From Hypanus sabinus (taxonomy: Eukaryota), in assembly GCF_030144855.1 (NCBI RefSeq), contig NC_082710.1, forward strand, positions 58,714,001 to 58,778,000: a stretch of 64,000 nucleotides of DNA, given 5' to 3'. This document shows positions 40,454 to 53,594 of the stretch, in pieces. Position 1 is the stretch's first letter. Each line of letters starts with the position of its first letter. Below the pieces are notes generated by a model. It searched no databases. It saw only the letters and a program-made list of their open reading frames with translations, and was not told where the DNA came from. The position numbers and the translations under genes are program-made.

Positions 40454-41084
40454 CTTTGATAAGAGATCCAAAACTGTGCATAATACCCAAGTGCAGTCTG
40501 ATCACTCCCTTATAAAGCCTCAGCATTACATCCTTGCTTTTATATTCTAGTCCTCTAGAGAAAAATGCTAACACTTGATCATTTGTCGTTCTCACCATAG
40601 ACTCACCTTGCAAGTTAACCTTTAAGGAATCCTGCACGAAGACTCCTAAGTCCCTTTGCACCTCTGATTTCTGAATTTGCTCCTCATTTAAAAAAAAAAG
40701 CATACACCTTTATTCCTTCTACCAAAGTGCATGGCTATATACTTCCCTACACTGCACTCCATCTGCCATGCCTTTACCCATTCTCCTAATCTATCTAAAT
40801 CCTTCATGCTTCCTTAATGCAACTTGAGTTTCCACCTATCTTTGTATCATCAGCAAACTCGGCCACAAAGCCATCAATTCCATAGATACTACCTATCATA
40901 GAAGGGCACCAGTGTTACTACATCTACCCAGACTGGTGACTAAAGAAGTATGAGGAAATTTTGGACAATGCTACACAACTTCTTTGTTAATTTGGATTAA
41001 TGTCAAGCATAGTAATTGATATATATTTATAGATCTTGGGTATTTTACACTGTTACTTGATTAACTCTGCAACTGGCTTACCAG

Positions 41085-41360
41085 CAGACACACAGGGTGG
41101 CAGTAGATGGAGGGTATTCTGCCTGGAGGTCAGTGACCTAGTGGTGTTCCGCAGTGATCAGTTCTGGAACCCTTGCTCTTTGTGATATTTATGAATGATT
41201 TGGATGAAGAAGTGGAAGGGTAATTTAGTGACTTTGCACCTGACATGGAGATTGGTGGTGACGTGAATAATATAGATGGGTATTATACATTATAATGGGA
41301 CATTGATAGGATGCAGAGTTGGGTTGAAAAGTGGTAGATGAGCTTAATTCATAGAAGTTA
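41085..41360 (+). mobile_element. CR1 RT fragment
   Basis: SGVPQ*SVLEPLLFVIFMNDLDE. Confidence 0.75.
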
Positions 41361-41599
41361 GAAAATAGGCTGAACAGTGTTTCTAGAGCTTCGGCTACAA
41401 AGCAACTAGAAATATTTTGCACAAAGATACAATAGTGTTTAAACTTGCCACTTACCATAAAAATTAGATTCTTTCTCCATAAGCCTCAATAAAATATACT
41501 TATAAAACCATATGTTGGAATGTTTACGATTTTCTGCACCATCAAGTAGATTTGCAACAGGGATCTTGTAGGGACAGTTCCATATGGTCTGGCAGAGAT

Positions 41600-42612
41600 G
41601 AGCAGCTTCCCTTCCAGACTCTTCAATTGGGCCAAGGCAAAGACAGGTGGAAATTGTTCCAGTTGTCAAGGAAGTGTGTAGGAATGGGGCAGCAGGGAGC
41701 TTAGAAAAGATGGGAGGGTGCACTGAAGCACAAGATTTCCTGGTCCAATATCTTGCAAGCAGAATTGTTCATGAACAAGTTCATGAACAAGCACATCAAG
41801 TTCATGATCCAGGCTATGTGTGACATTCTGCCTAAGCCAGTGAACCTTCTTTCTTGGGGCAAAAGTGAGGCACCAACACCTCCACTCAGCCCTGGCAACG
41901 GGACCCTGGAACACATCCTCAGCAGCTGCCCAAAAGTCCTGGGAAAAGGCCAATACTGCTGGCGCCATAACCTGGTGCTGAACGCACTGGCTAAAAATAT
42001 CTCCTTAGCCGTAAACAACAGGAAGCACATCCACCAGCCCGGAAAGCACGTAGCCTTCGTCAAAACTGGAGACCAACTGCAACCTCAGTTGATGCTGGCA
42101 AGCAATTAAAATTCACTGACTTCATCGCATCATCACCATCACTGAGGCCTGACATGGTCTTTCTGTCAGAAACCTCAAAGCAGGTGGTCATGGTAGAACT
42201 GACAGTTCTTTGGGAAGAATGATTTGAGGAAGCATTTGAGCATAAGAAGGCCAAATAACAGGAGCTCGTAGAGCAGCACCACAGGCAGGGGTGGTGGGCA
42301 CATTGTGAGCCTATAAAGATGTTGATGTTTTATGTTGAAGTTCTGCTGATTGCTCACTCTGCAGAACCTGCTCTCTCCTTGGCATAACAGGGGCTGCAAA
42401 GAATGACCCATTAGGACTGTCTCAGACGCTACTGAGTGAGCCTCCAGATGGATATGGATGAAAAGGTGTGGCCAGTGGACCAGAGCCACTGGGACACAAG
42501 CCAGGGCCTGATCAACCCCGACTTGGCTGCCTGGGTGAGAGTGTCTGATGCTGAAACACTCGATGATCCCAGGTTATATTGCAGATGATTTGTCCCAGCA
42601 CATCCTAGGATG
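41600..42612 (+). mobile_element. HERO-like non-LTR retrotransposon 3' part (zinc knuckle plus restriction-like endonuclease)
   Basis: GTLEHILSSCP..YCWRHNLVL (41753-42109), then LRPDMVFLSETSKQVVMVELTVLWEE (PD-(D/E)xK-type RLE motif) at ~42141-42220. Confidence 0.85.
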
Positions 42613-45068
42613 TATTTCAGCATCTTTAGTATAAAATCTCAAATCTTATGCAACAGAAAAAAAGGTCAATATGCTGTAAGTATTTGTGAAAATTTATGTT
42701 TCCCATATTGTATTTCAACTTCTGAGGTCCTCTGGTTTATCCAGTGGTTCATATTCGGCCAACATTTTTTTAAAATCTCTGTGCTCTCTATATGTATGGT
42801 ACTCAAATAAGTGATTTCAATACATGATGGTGCCATCATATCTCAACATGATGTTAACACCACTTGTTTTTCCCTTGTTGAGAAGAAAAATAAACCAACA
42901 TGATCAAATGGTGGAGAAGATTCGATGGACCAAATAGACTAATTATGTCCCATGTTGTATGGTCCTATGGTCCAATACTTCAGGATAAAGTTCCCTTATC
43001 ATAAGACACTTTCTCTGAAGCCATTAATGTTCTGTGGATACTACATTTGTGAAAACTTACTAGCATTTCAAATCTTATCAAAGACAAACCTAACATACTT
43101 AACAACTACCCCCCCCCGCAATAAATGTACCTTTCATCAAGATGCCTAAAATTACTTTATTAAGATTTTGAACTCCTAGATTCAACATTAAATGGTTGGA
43201 AATTTAGACGTCCAAGAAGCTAATTGGAGTCAAAATGTGGGTTTATGGAAATGAGTTTTTCAACCCAAAGGAAGGAAGGAGATTGTGAATAAGATAGGGG
43301 CATGAAGAAAGTCAGTTTTGATATCACCAGTAAAGCTACCAGCCGGCTTTGTTACAAGCCACATTATAGCCCAGCTCATCTTTCGGAAATTCGAAGGATT
43401 CTAATGCAACCTATTTTGTATTCAACATATGAATTTGTTGGTAAGAAAGGCAATACAAAGTTTCTGCTTCCAATGAAATTGCTGATAACACAATTTTATG
43501 TAGTAGACCATATCCACTCTGTAACATAGAAGTGTCATCATTAGGTAAACTTTACGTGTTGGATGGATCTTCCAGCTGGGCCAGCAGAAAAGTATCATTG
43601 CACAGTAAATTGTTTAGTTTACAGTCATCGGTGCTTTGCGATCCCCATAGCAACCCACACATTTGAATATTTGCACATCCCATAGGCTACCTTCTACCAG
43701 AGGCTAAAATAAATTAATAAAAGGGTTAGAAGGAACAGACATTCGGCACAGAAACAAATGCCCGCTTTTTATTTTTGGCTATGTATGTCTTTATATTAAC
43801 AATTCATACAAGATACACACAGATCTGCAACCCATGAGCATCTTGTCCAGCAGGGTGTATCGCCTGTGAAGCTGGTTACCACTGCTTATAGCTAGCTTCA
43901 GCAACACTTAAATTAAACTGAATTTTCTAAAGGGGGATAGCATTGTAGCTTCAATGGGTGATGACAGGTGCTCTGGAACTCAGACTGTTGCAGATAGCAC
44001 TAAAAAAATGGCACAACGTGGGAAGAGAGTAAGCTCCACAATTTCCTAACACTGCACTCTTAGGCAGATCATGGATGACCTCCAGAAACGCACTGCAAAG
44101 TCAGTGGGTGGAGATGGTTGCGGTGATGAATAGCAGTAGTCAAGCCCTGAGGATGTGGATAGAGTGCTAGAGGAAGTTCTCTGACTGCTGGTTGAAGTCA
44201 GTAAAATTGACTTCAAAACATTATTTCCCACCAGCTGCACTATTAGCCTCACATATTGCTCCATTCTTTCAAACTATCATCACTCACCTAAGATCCACAT
44301 CTAATAATCACGAGTCTTCTGATGCCCTCAGCACAGGAGACCTTAGAACTCCCTGCTCCAATATCTCATTATTTGCAGACTAAAACAGCCAATCAAACAA
44401 ACAAATTGCAGAACGACTACTGACTGGTATGGACAACCTTACAACTATGTTGTAGCAATCTATATCCAGGATAAAGACACTGCACAATAAAGAACACTGC
44501 ACTTTCAACCATAATCCACTATTTCACTCCCATCCTCTCAAAGATAATTATTGACAAATAAATACTGGTTTTGTATCTCAGAAAAATGTAATGAATAATT
44601 TTAAAAATTCAATTCTCCTGATTCTCAGCTGATAAGCATGGTGTAAATGATGCAAAAACATACCTCTTTCTTTTTTTTTCACCATCCTCCCAACAGCAAA
44701 TAGGGATGGGCATAAATATTGACTGGGCCAGTGAGGATCAGGCCCCGAAAATGAATTATAAGTAAAACTCGTGTGTTCTGAGACAACCAGGAACTGTAAC
44801 CAGTGACTGAAGCACATGAAGGTGAAGACTCAGTATGACTCAATGTAACACAGCCTTCCTCTAGTTCAGGCATCAAAATAACAAGCGAGCTTGCATATTA
44901 AAGCAGAGATGGCCTTGGGCGAGAACAGAGGAGAAAGCTGGCAAAGGTACAGGGTACTCAGATTTTACTGTTTCATTGAGGTCTCAAGCTATGCTTTGAA
45001 TAAGACAAGTACAAACAAAGTTTGCCCAGTATGTATGTATCATGAAATGCTTCATGAATTGGCAGGTT

Positions 45069-45653
45069 TGTGACATGCTGTAATGGCTCCTCTGTACTGT
45101 AATGTTTCACTGCTGAAGTAACAGTTTCTCTGTAGCAGCAATGTTTGGGTTAATGCTGGAGATAACAGGGCTGTGGTATGCATGTTAGCCAATCAGGATT
45201 TTGTTGCTCTGTCTTGTGAATCTGGAAGCAGTTGATTTTGCAGGTTTTTGCCAGAGAGGGAGAGAGAGGAAGAGAGGAGAGCAAATGGAGAGATTTGATA
45301 GACCGCCAGATGGGGTGGACTTGGAGTGAGGGTCCAAAGGGCAGCAACGATCAGAGGAGGTCGATGGTGAACGATCAGCCTATGAGTGAGCTCCAACTTT
45401 GCGCACAGACTGTTTAATAATATTGGGCCCTTTTTTATCTTTTATTTCATTTCTCTACTAACCATATAGTCAAAGTAAGTGTTATAAAGCTAAATTGTTT
45501 AATCACATATTGTGTAATCTTGATTATTTCAGGATACCGATTTGTAACAGGGGACACATCACACAGCATCCACCCAAATGAGGTGTCTTAAGTTTGGCCA
45601 GGCCAGGGGCTATCACCCCCTATATTAAGCCGCTAGGCGAAGCGAGAGTTACA
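45069..45653 (+). mobile_element. Solo-LTR-like element (~0.58 kb)
   Basis: tgtgac...gttaca termini, CCAAT box, similarity to 39653-40453; TSD not evident. Confidence 0.55.
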
Positions 45654-47339
45654 TGAAATAACAGTAAGCAAGGAAAAGTTTTCCATTCATCTTCCACAAG
45701 CTTTGACAAGTCTTGGAGCCCATCCTTTCCAATTTAACACTCGTAACCCAATTGTCAGGCTATCCCAAATGGCTGAGATCCCTTTATCCTTGACAGCTCA
45801 GAGATAGGCCACCCATTGTGTGCTGTAGAAACTCAGTATGTTGTTGCTAAACTATTCCATACTGCAGCTTGTCATGACTATAGAGGAACTATTCAAAGTT
45901 GTCTCAAAGATGTCACTAGCGTCCGTAGAATACCTTCGAGCAACACTGCCATCCTGAAGGTGACACTTCCTCCTTGCTATCACAAGCTGAATCGCATGAC
46001 CACTATTCTACCAGCATATTTGCTGTTAACTGCCAGCCGGCCAGCCAAGTGACTCCATTTTATACTGAGGTAGTACAAGCTGAAGCAGAGTTACAGATTG
46101 AGAGTTCTTGAAGTCATCCTCGAAAGGCCACCTCCAATTGTCTGACCTGGAAGTGAACTGGCTCCCATCTCCATTATCACAGGCTCTGCAGAGTAACAGC
46201 AGAACAGGTAAAAGCCCTCACGAAGCAGTTTGCTAGAGATGTGTTTCTGCTATCCTTCAATACTCTAACAATAGGGGGATATTGTGGCTGTCTGGAGTAC
46301 TTACTTATGCTTCTGGAACTTCAAATACACATAGGGGTTCTGCTAATTGGGAAGAGCTACCATTGGAAATATGTATTTCTGTAAATTTACCCATCTACAT
46401 TCAAAATGTTAAAGTTAAGTTATTGGTTATAGCAATTGAAACTGTAGTCTTTGTGTTGAAGAAGTGTAACTCTCTCTCCTGGAGGTTTGCAGTGTGAATA
46501 ATGATTTTTATAGATCCCACTTACAGCTTCCATAAAGCTCAATGTTAGCCAATCACAACATTTAATAATGCTATATGTTCAGAAAAAATACATAAAATAA
46601 ATCACAGTAAACCTGTATTCATAGCTGGGAGGCTGCACACTGTACCACACACACACAAACAAACATGCACAGCTTACTGAAAATTAAAAATAGAAAATCT
46701 GGAAACACCTTGCAAATCAGGCAGCAGTTGTGGAAGGAGAAAAACGTTAGTATTTTAGGTCAAAGGTGCTTCATCAAAGCACAGCCCAGTTCTCAGACTG
46801 AGCGCTGAATATTCCCTGCATCCCAAGACACTTTGCCTTATCCAAAACTGATTTACAGTAGGTTGCATGGATCTTGGATCTAACACTTGACTTGTCACCC
46901 AGACAGCACAGTACCCAAGGGGACCACACTTCAGGAAGCATTCAGGCCTTCAACACCCAATACCATCTGCAGTGAACCATGCTTATATACACAATTCTCA
47001 AGGGTACTTACACAGGTTATGCATTTACAAAATATTCTGCATTGACATCAGTAACTCATTAGACTCAAGCACAAACTCAGAGCTGTGTTTACAGTCCTCT
47101 CTCCATGGAAATCAAGGTCAACCTCACTTTAATCTTCAAATCCTCAGTGTAATTCTAGTCTGCATCTACTAATATATGCCACGTTTTATGCTTTGTTGAT
47201 CCCTGCAACTTCAGGAAGATCATTGGTGCTGATTGGGCACAGGAGCTGGCAGATTGTCTACAGACATTTTCTACCCAAAGTGCAGGCATTCATAAATTGC
47301 ACTCACTTTATTACAGAAATGTGGCAACTTTCCACCCTG

Positions 47340-47820
47340 AAGTCCTTTTCAGTGGAGTGTGCCAGGAATCAGCTCTTGGTACTCAACTGTTCACAATTTA
47401 CATTAATGACCTGGAGGGCAGAAAGAAATGCAAAGTTTCAAAATGTGCATAATCATGTGAAAGATATAAGGGCATATGCCAAAGGAATTATGATTTTTCA
47501 ACAGGGCAGAGATAGATTAAGTGACCGGCAAAATGGAGTTTAATGTGGGAAGCGTGGGACCATGCACATTTGTAGGAGGAATCAAAGTATGGATTATTAT
47601 CTAAATCGAGAGAGACTGCTTAAGAATTAAATTCAGAGTTGTTCTAGTGCAAATTTAACAGCCCGGTCCAACAAGTATTGAAGTAGGCTGACAACCAGCT
47701 GGCCTTTATTGTAATGGGGTTGGAATTCTAGAGCACTGAAGTTTCGTTATAGCTATATAGCATTGCTGAGATGACACCTGGGATACTAAATCAGTTTTGG
47801 TCTGCTTAAATGTAAAAAAT
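47340..47820 (+). mobile_element. Old CR1 RT fragment
   Basis: QLFTIYINDLE at ~47384; MEFNVG at ~47533. Confidence 0.65.
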
Positions 47821-47827
47821 ATATTTG

Positions 47828-50800
47828 CCATAAGGCCTTGCAGCAGAATTAAACTATTTGGCCCATCGAGTCTTCACTGCCATTTCGTCATGGAAGATCT
47901 ATTTCCCTCTCAACTCCATTCTCCTGCCTTCTCCCCGTAACCTTTCATGCCCCAACTTATCAAGAATCTATAAACCTCTGCTGTAAATATACCCAATGAC
48001 CTGGCCTCTATAGTCACCTATGGCAACGAATACAAAAGATTCAACATTCTCTGGCTAAAAAAAACCTCCTCTAAATGGAAGTCCCTTTTTTCTAAGGTTG
48101 TGCCCTGTGGTCCTAGGCTCCCCCACTATAGGAAACATCCTCACCACATACACTCTATCTAGACCTTTCAACATTCAATAAGTTTCGATGAGATCACCCC
48201 TCATTAGAACATAGAAGTGTACAGCACAGGAACAGGCCCTTCAGCCCACAATGTTGTGCTGAAATAGTTAAAAAGCAAATTAAAAACACCAAAACACTAA
48301 TCTCTCCTATTTACACAATGTCCATATCCCTCCATCTTCCTCACTTCCATGTGCCTATCTAAACATCTCTTAAAACCCTCTAATGTATTTGCCTCTACCA
48401 CCTTACCAGGGAGCACATTCCCAGCATCCACAACTCTCTGAGTAAAACTCTTACCCCTTACATCCCCTTTGAACCTATTCTCTCTCACCTTCTATGCATG
48501 TCCTTTGATATTAGACATTTTAACCCTGGGAAACAGATACTCCCCATCTATCTTTTCATCTTATAAACTTCTGTCAGATTTCCCCCTCGGCCCCTGCCAG
48601 TCCAGAGGAAACAACCCAAGTTTATTCAGCTCTCATGGTAGCATGTGCCCTTGAAACCAGGCAGCATCAGGGTAAACCTCTTCTTCACCCTCTCTAATGT
48701 CTCAACATCCTTCCTATAGTGGGTCCACTGAAACTGTATGCAATACTCCAGTTGTGGCCTAACCTGAGTTTTATAAAGTTGCAACATAATCACTTGACTT
48801 TTGATCTCAATGCATTGCCAATAAAAGCAAACATTCCATAAGCCTTTTCTTACTCAACTTATTGACCTGTGCAGCCACTTTCAAGGAGCTATGAAGTTAA
48901 ATTCTAAGAGGTCACTGCTCAGGAACACTGTTAAGATATTGTGTCTCCTTGCATTTGCCCAACCAAGGTGCAACACCTCATATTTATCTGGATTAAATTC
49001 CATCTGCCATTTCTTTGCCAATAACTGTAACTGATCTATATCACTCGGAATTCTTTACCAGTCTTCTACACTATCCACAACTCTACCAACCTTGGCATTA
49101 TCTGCAAACCTACTAACCCACCCATCTATATTTTCATCCAGATCAGTTATTACAAACAGCAGATTTTGCAGCACAAATCCCTGAGGAACACTGCTAATTA
49201 CAGACTTCCAGCTTGAATAATTCCTTTCAACCACTACCCTCTGTTTTCTATGCATAAGCTAGTTCTGAATCGAAACAGCCAATTCATCATGGGCCCCATG
49301 CATCTTGATCTTCTGGAATAGCCTCCCATGAGGGACTTTGTCAAACATCTTATTAAAATCCAAGTAGACAACGTCCACTGCCCTGACCTCTTCAATCACT
49401 CTTGTCACTTTGTCAAAAAACTCAATCAAGTTGGTTCATTCTTCTAAATTCCATTGAGTTTAGGCCCAAAGCCATCAAACGCTCTTCATATGATAAACCT
49501 TTCAATCCCAGAATCATTTTCGTAAACCTCCTTTCAACCCTCTCAACTATCAGCCCATCCTTTCTTAGATAAGGGGTCAAAAACTGCTCACAATATTACA
49601 AGTGAGGCCTCACCAATGCCTTATAAAGCCTCAAAATCACATCCTTGTTTTTATATTCTAGTCCTCTCAAGATGAAAGCTAATTTTGCTTTTGCGTTCCT
49701 CACCACTTGCCAGTTAACTTTTAGGGAATCCTGAGGACTCCCAAGTCCCTTTGCATCTCAGTATTTTGTATTTTCTCTCCGTTTAGAAAATAATCTATGC
49801 TTTTATTCCTTCCACCTAAGTCCATGACCATACAATTCCCAACAATGTATTTCATCTGCCACTTCTTTGCCCATTCTCCAAATCTAAGTCCTTCTGCAGT
49901 CTCCCTGCTTCCTCAACACTACCTGTCCCTCCACCTACCCTCATATTGTCCAAAAATTAGCCACAAAGCCATCAACTATGTCATCAGAGTCATTGACATA
50001 GAACTTAAAAAGAAGCGGTCCCAACACCGACCCCAGTGGAACCGCTCTAATCACTGGCAGCCAGTCAAAAATGCTACTTATATTCCCACACTTTGCCTCT
50101 TGCCAATCGGCCAATACTCTATCTATGCTAGAATCTTTCCTGCAATACCCTGGTCTCTTATATTGCTAAGCAGCCTCACGTTTGGCTCCTTGTCAAAGGC
50201 CTTTTGAAAATCCAAGTACACACCATCCACTGATTCTCCTTTGTCTATCTTGCTTGTTATTTCCTCAATAAAATTCCAACAGATTTGTCAGGCAAAATTT
50301 TCCCTTAAAAATCCATGCTGATTGTGGCCCTTCTTATTATGTGGCTCCAAGCACCCCAAAACCTCATCTTTAATTACAGACTCCAGCATCTTTCCAACCA
50401 CTGAGGACAGGCTAACTGGCCTATAATTCCCTTTCTTCTACCTCCTTCCCTTCTTAATGAGTGGAGTAAAATTTGCAATTTTCCAGTCGTCTAGAACCAT
50501 TCCAGAATCTAATGATTCTTGAAGTATCTTTACTTATGCCTCCACAATCTGTTCAGCTGGCTCTTTCAGAACCATCAGCGTAGTCCATCTGGTCCAGGTG
50601 ACTTTTAGACCTTTCAGCTTCCCAAACACCTTCTCCCTAGTAATACAGTAGCAACTGTTCTCACATCTGCTCCCCGACACCCCTGAATATCCAGCATACT
50701 GCTAGTGTCTTCCACAGTGAAGGTTGATGCAAAACACTTAAGTTTGTCCGCCGTTTCCTTGTCTCCCATTACTACCTCTCCAGCATCATTTTCTAGTGGT

Positions 50801-51742
50801 CTGATATCTACTGTCGTCTCTCTTTTACTCTTTATATATCTGAAACAAACTTTTGGTATCCTCTTTGATATTGTTGACTGGCTTACCTTCATATTTCATC
50901 TTTTTGCTCCTAGTGTGTTTTTAGTTGCCTGCTGTTAGTTTTTAAAAGCTTCCAAATCCTTTAACATCCCACTAATTTTTGCTTTTTTATTAATCACCCT
51001 CTCTTTTGCTTTTACATTGGCTTTGACTTGCTTTGTCAGCCACAGTTGCATCCTCCTGCCTTTAGAATACTGTGGGATTTATCCTTCCTGCGCCTTCTGA
51101 ATTGCTCCTAGAAGCTCTTCCCATTGCCGTTCTGCTGTCATCCCTACAAGCGTCCCCTTCGAATCAACTTTGCCCTGTTCCTTTCTCATGCCTCTGTAAT
51201 TCCCTTTATTCCACTGTAATACTGATTCATCAGATTTTTGCTTCTCCCTCTCAAATTGCAGGATGAATCAAATCATATAAAGATTACTGGCCCCTAAGGG
51301 ATCCTTTACTTTAAGCTGCCTAATCAAATCTGGTTCATTACACAACACCCAGTTCCACATAAGCTGCTCTAAAAAGGCATTCTTCAAGTTCTCCCTCTTG
51401 GGTTCCAATATCAGCACCAATCTGATTTTCCCAATCCACCTGCATATTGAAAACCCTCATGGCCATCGTAACATATACCTTTTTACATGCACTTTCTACC
51501 TCCCATTGTAATTTGTAGCCTACATCCTGGCTACTGTTGGGAGGCATGTATATAATTCCCATCAGGGTCTTTTTACCCTTGCAGATCCTTAGCTCTACCA
51601 CAACAACTTTACATCATCCAATCCTTTGCTGCCTCTTTGCAAGGATTTAATTTCATTTTTTACCAACAGAACTTCCCCCTCTGCCTACCTGCCTGTCCTT
51701 TCAATACAATATGTATCCATAGATCTTAAGCTCCCAAATATC
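47828..51742 (-). mobile_element. Long CR1 ORF2 copy (endonuclease to 3' end), split by a second CR1
   Basis: VELRICKGKKTLMGIIYMPP..FNMQVDW (51338-51601), FRYIKSKRE (50614-50892); RT remnants 49440-50500; 3' end 47828-48205. Confidence 0.92.
48206..49435 (-). mobile_element. Nested CR1 (different subfamily) with 5-bp TSD
   Basis: SVPQG..FADNAKV (49055-49255), FTQRVV (48297-48488); tcatt duplicated at 48201-48205 and 49436-49440. Confidence 0.9.
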
Positions 51743-51744
51743 AA

Positions 51745-52140
51745 GAGAGGTGATAGCTTGGATCTATATTCCTTGGAGTTTAAAAAAATGAGGGGTGACC
51801 TTATTAGAGCAGATAAAATCCATTGGGGGCAAGACTGCTAGAAACTGGAGTGTCTCCACCCATGTGAGAATCACAAAGAATGTGACGTGGTACAAAATAA
51901 TCGGCTTATTTTCTTATTTTCTTAGGGGGTTATGAATCTCTGACACACTCCACCCCAGAAAGATGGTCAAAACCAGATAATTAGAAATGTTTAAGTGGAG
52001 ATAGAGAAAATATTTGAAAAATATATGCATATGGGAAATTGGTCAAGCATATTTGAGGCCATCATTGATCATCCATGATCCATATTGAGTGGCATGGCAG
52101 GTGTAGGGGCTTGGGGTGGGGTCTTATTTCCTTGTGTTAT
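51745..52140 (+). mobile_element. Old CR1 3' fragment
   Basis: LDLYSLEFKKMRGDLI. Confidence 0.7.
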
Positions 52141-52669
52141 TCGGTTTTTAAGCACAGGACTACCTGAGGAGGGGGTTGAAGCCATTGATGTGATCAGCTA
52201 GGCTCTTTGACATCCCTCTCAGGAAATCAGGGATTATAATTCCTCCCCTAGTCATCACTGCTGCGAGTGAACAAGGTACTCCAGTAGTCAGAGGAGTGCT
52301 GAAGACATGTGTCTCTTTAAAGACTGATTAATTAACTCCCAGCCACAAGGCTAAGCGAAGGCAGCTGCAAGAAATTTGACTGGAACCTTGCAATAGAACT
52401 CTATTTCTTCAGGCATTGTTCGGGAATGGAAGCTGAAATAATAAGTCTTTATTTAAATAGTTCTGTTAAATTACGTGATTTTTTTTTAAAGAGCACGATT
52501 GAACAACATCTGCAAAATACAAAATGATGTTTTACTGCTGATAACATATCACAAATGAATTTCAAGTTGTGATTTTGGCCAATCACAGATCTGCTCTACA
52601 ATATTCTAACAGAGGATATGATATTCATTACAACTGCATTGCTATTGCTAGGATTGCTCACTGCAGTTG

Positions 52670-53000
52670 AGAGTCAAATTATTTGCGGATAGACCCTGTC
52701 ACCTGGCAGCCATTCTTTGTTTTCTTGCGATGACTCAAGTGCAAATGACACGGCCAACTGCTCAGGAGTGAGCACATTCTGCCGGCTGCCAAGACACCAG
52801 GCATGACTGGAATGATGCATGTTCACATGCCAGCTGGACATTGAGAGACTAAAATCCTTTCTCATTTGTGCTACAGCTGGCATGCAGTCCCTGCAAGGTG
52901 CAATAAATGATACCTGTTGTCAAGGGGTAAGCCACAGTCATGGTCATCGCTTGCTTCACTTCAGTAGAATGCAGTTCTCTTTGTATAGATAAGATCACAT
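52670..53000 (-). mobile_element. Fossil PIF/Harbinger (HARBI1-like) transposase fragment
   Basis: Minus-strand GIIYCT (cf. GxIDCTH, ~52900), NEKGF*SLNVQLACE (52821-52866; cf. NRKGFHSLNVQLVCD), EWLPGDRVYP (cf. WLLGDxGYP). Confidence 0.8.
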
Positions 53001-53378
53001 GCCTTCTTTATTGATGAGTATAAGACAGGCTGTGAAAAGGTGTATTCAAGTTCAGGTCTACTGATTAATTAACCCAATGCATAAAATGTCATGCCCATAG
53101 GAGGTCTATCAAAATGCACCTTTCCCTGCCCTGAGGTTGTACCTGTGTTCACCCAGGTGGTAGATTTCAGAAAGAATATTCTTCCTGAAACACAATTTGC
53201 TATTTTAATCAAGGCTCCAAGGCGCCTGGATGTATGTGATATCCTGGTTTGTTCTCCTCTCTCACCAGGCAGCTTGATTTGAACCAAAGATTTCCTCTTC
53301 ATTCTTTACATTACAGAGAGCGTCCATTGTTGTATCCATTCGGGGAGAACCATGTTTTCTCAGATCCATTGATGACAG

Positions 53379-53594
53379 TGTGGTGAACTACATATATCTG
53401 TCTGGACACGCCCCCTGCTGACTGCTCCTGTGGCTCCTCCCACAGACCCCTGTATAAAGGCGATTGAGGCCTGAGCCCGGCCTCTCAGTCTCCAGGATGT
53501 AGTATCGTGGTCACTCACTGTTTGTTCCTTCTTCCAGTCAATAAAAGCCGATATCTCGCCTTATGTCTCAGAGTGAGTTATTGATGGTGCATCA
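53379..53594 (+). mobile_element. Solo LTR, 216 bp (same family as 32843-33055)
   Basis: TG...CA ends; perfect TSD gacag (53374-53378 / 53595-53599); TATAAA and AATAAA. Confidence 0.92.

Larger units (their letters stand above)
38965..40885 (-). mobile_element. CR1 3' fragment split by Tc1 and LTR-like insertions
   Basis: RRFIRMIPGMKGL (39279-39415) and SEVQRDLGVFV (40449-40703). Confidence 0.85.

Noticed and set aside
42540-42570. ctgatg..gaaac in the HERO 3' UTR as a hammerhead
   Set aside because: Lacks full CUGANGA, stem II and a GUH cleavage site; only a simple stem-loop
53069-53302. Overlapping ORFs next to the Harbinger fragment as its Myb/SANT partner gene
   Set aside because: No Trp-repeat Myb motif visible; cannot be supported
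32843-53594. The two ~215-bp LTRs as ends of one 20.7-kb element
   Set aside because: Each has its own distinct TSD on both sides
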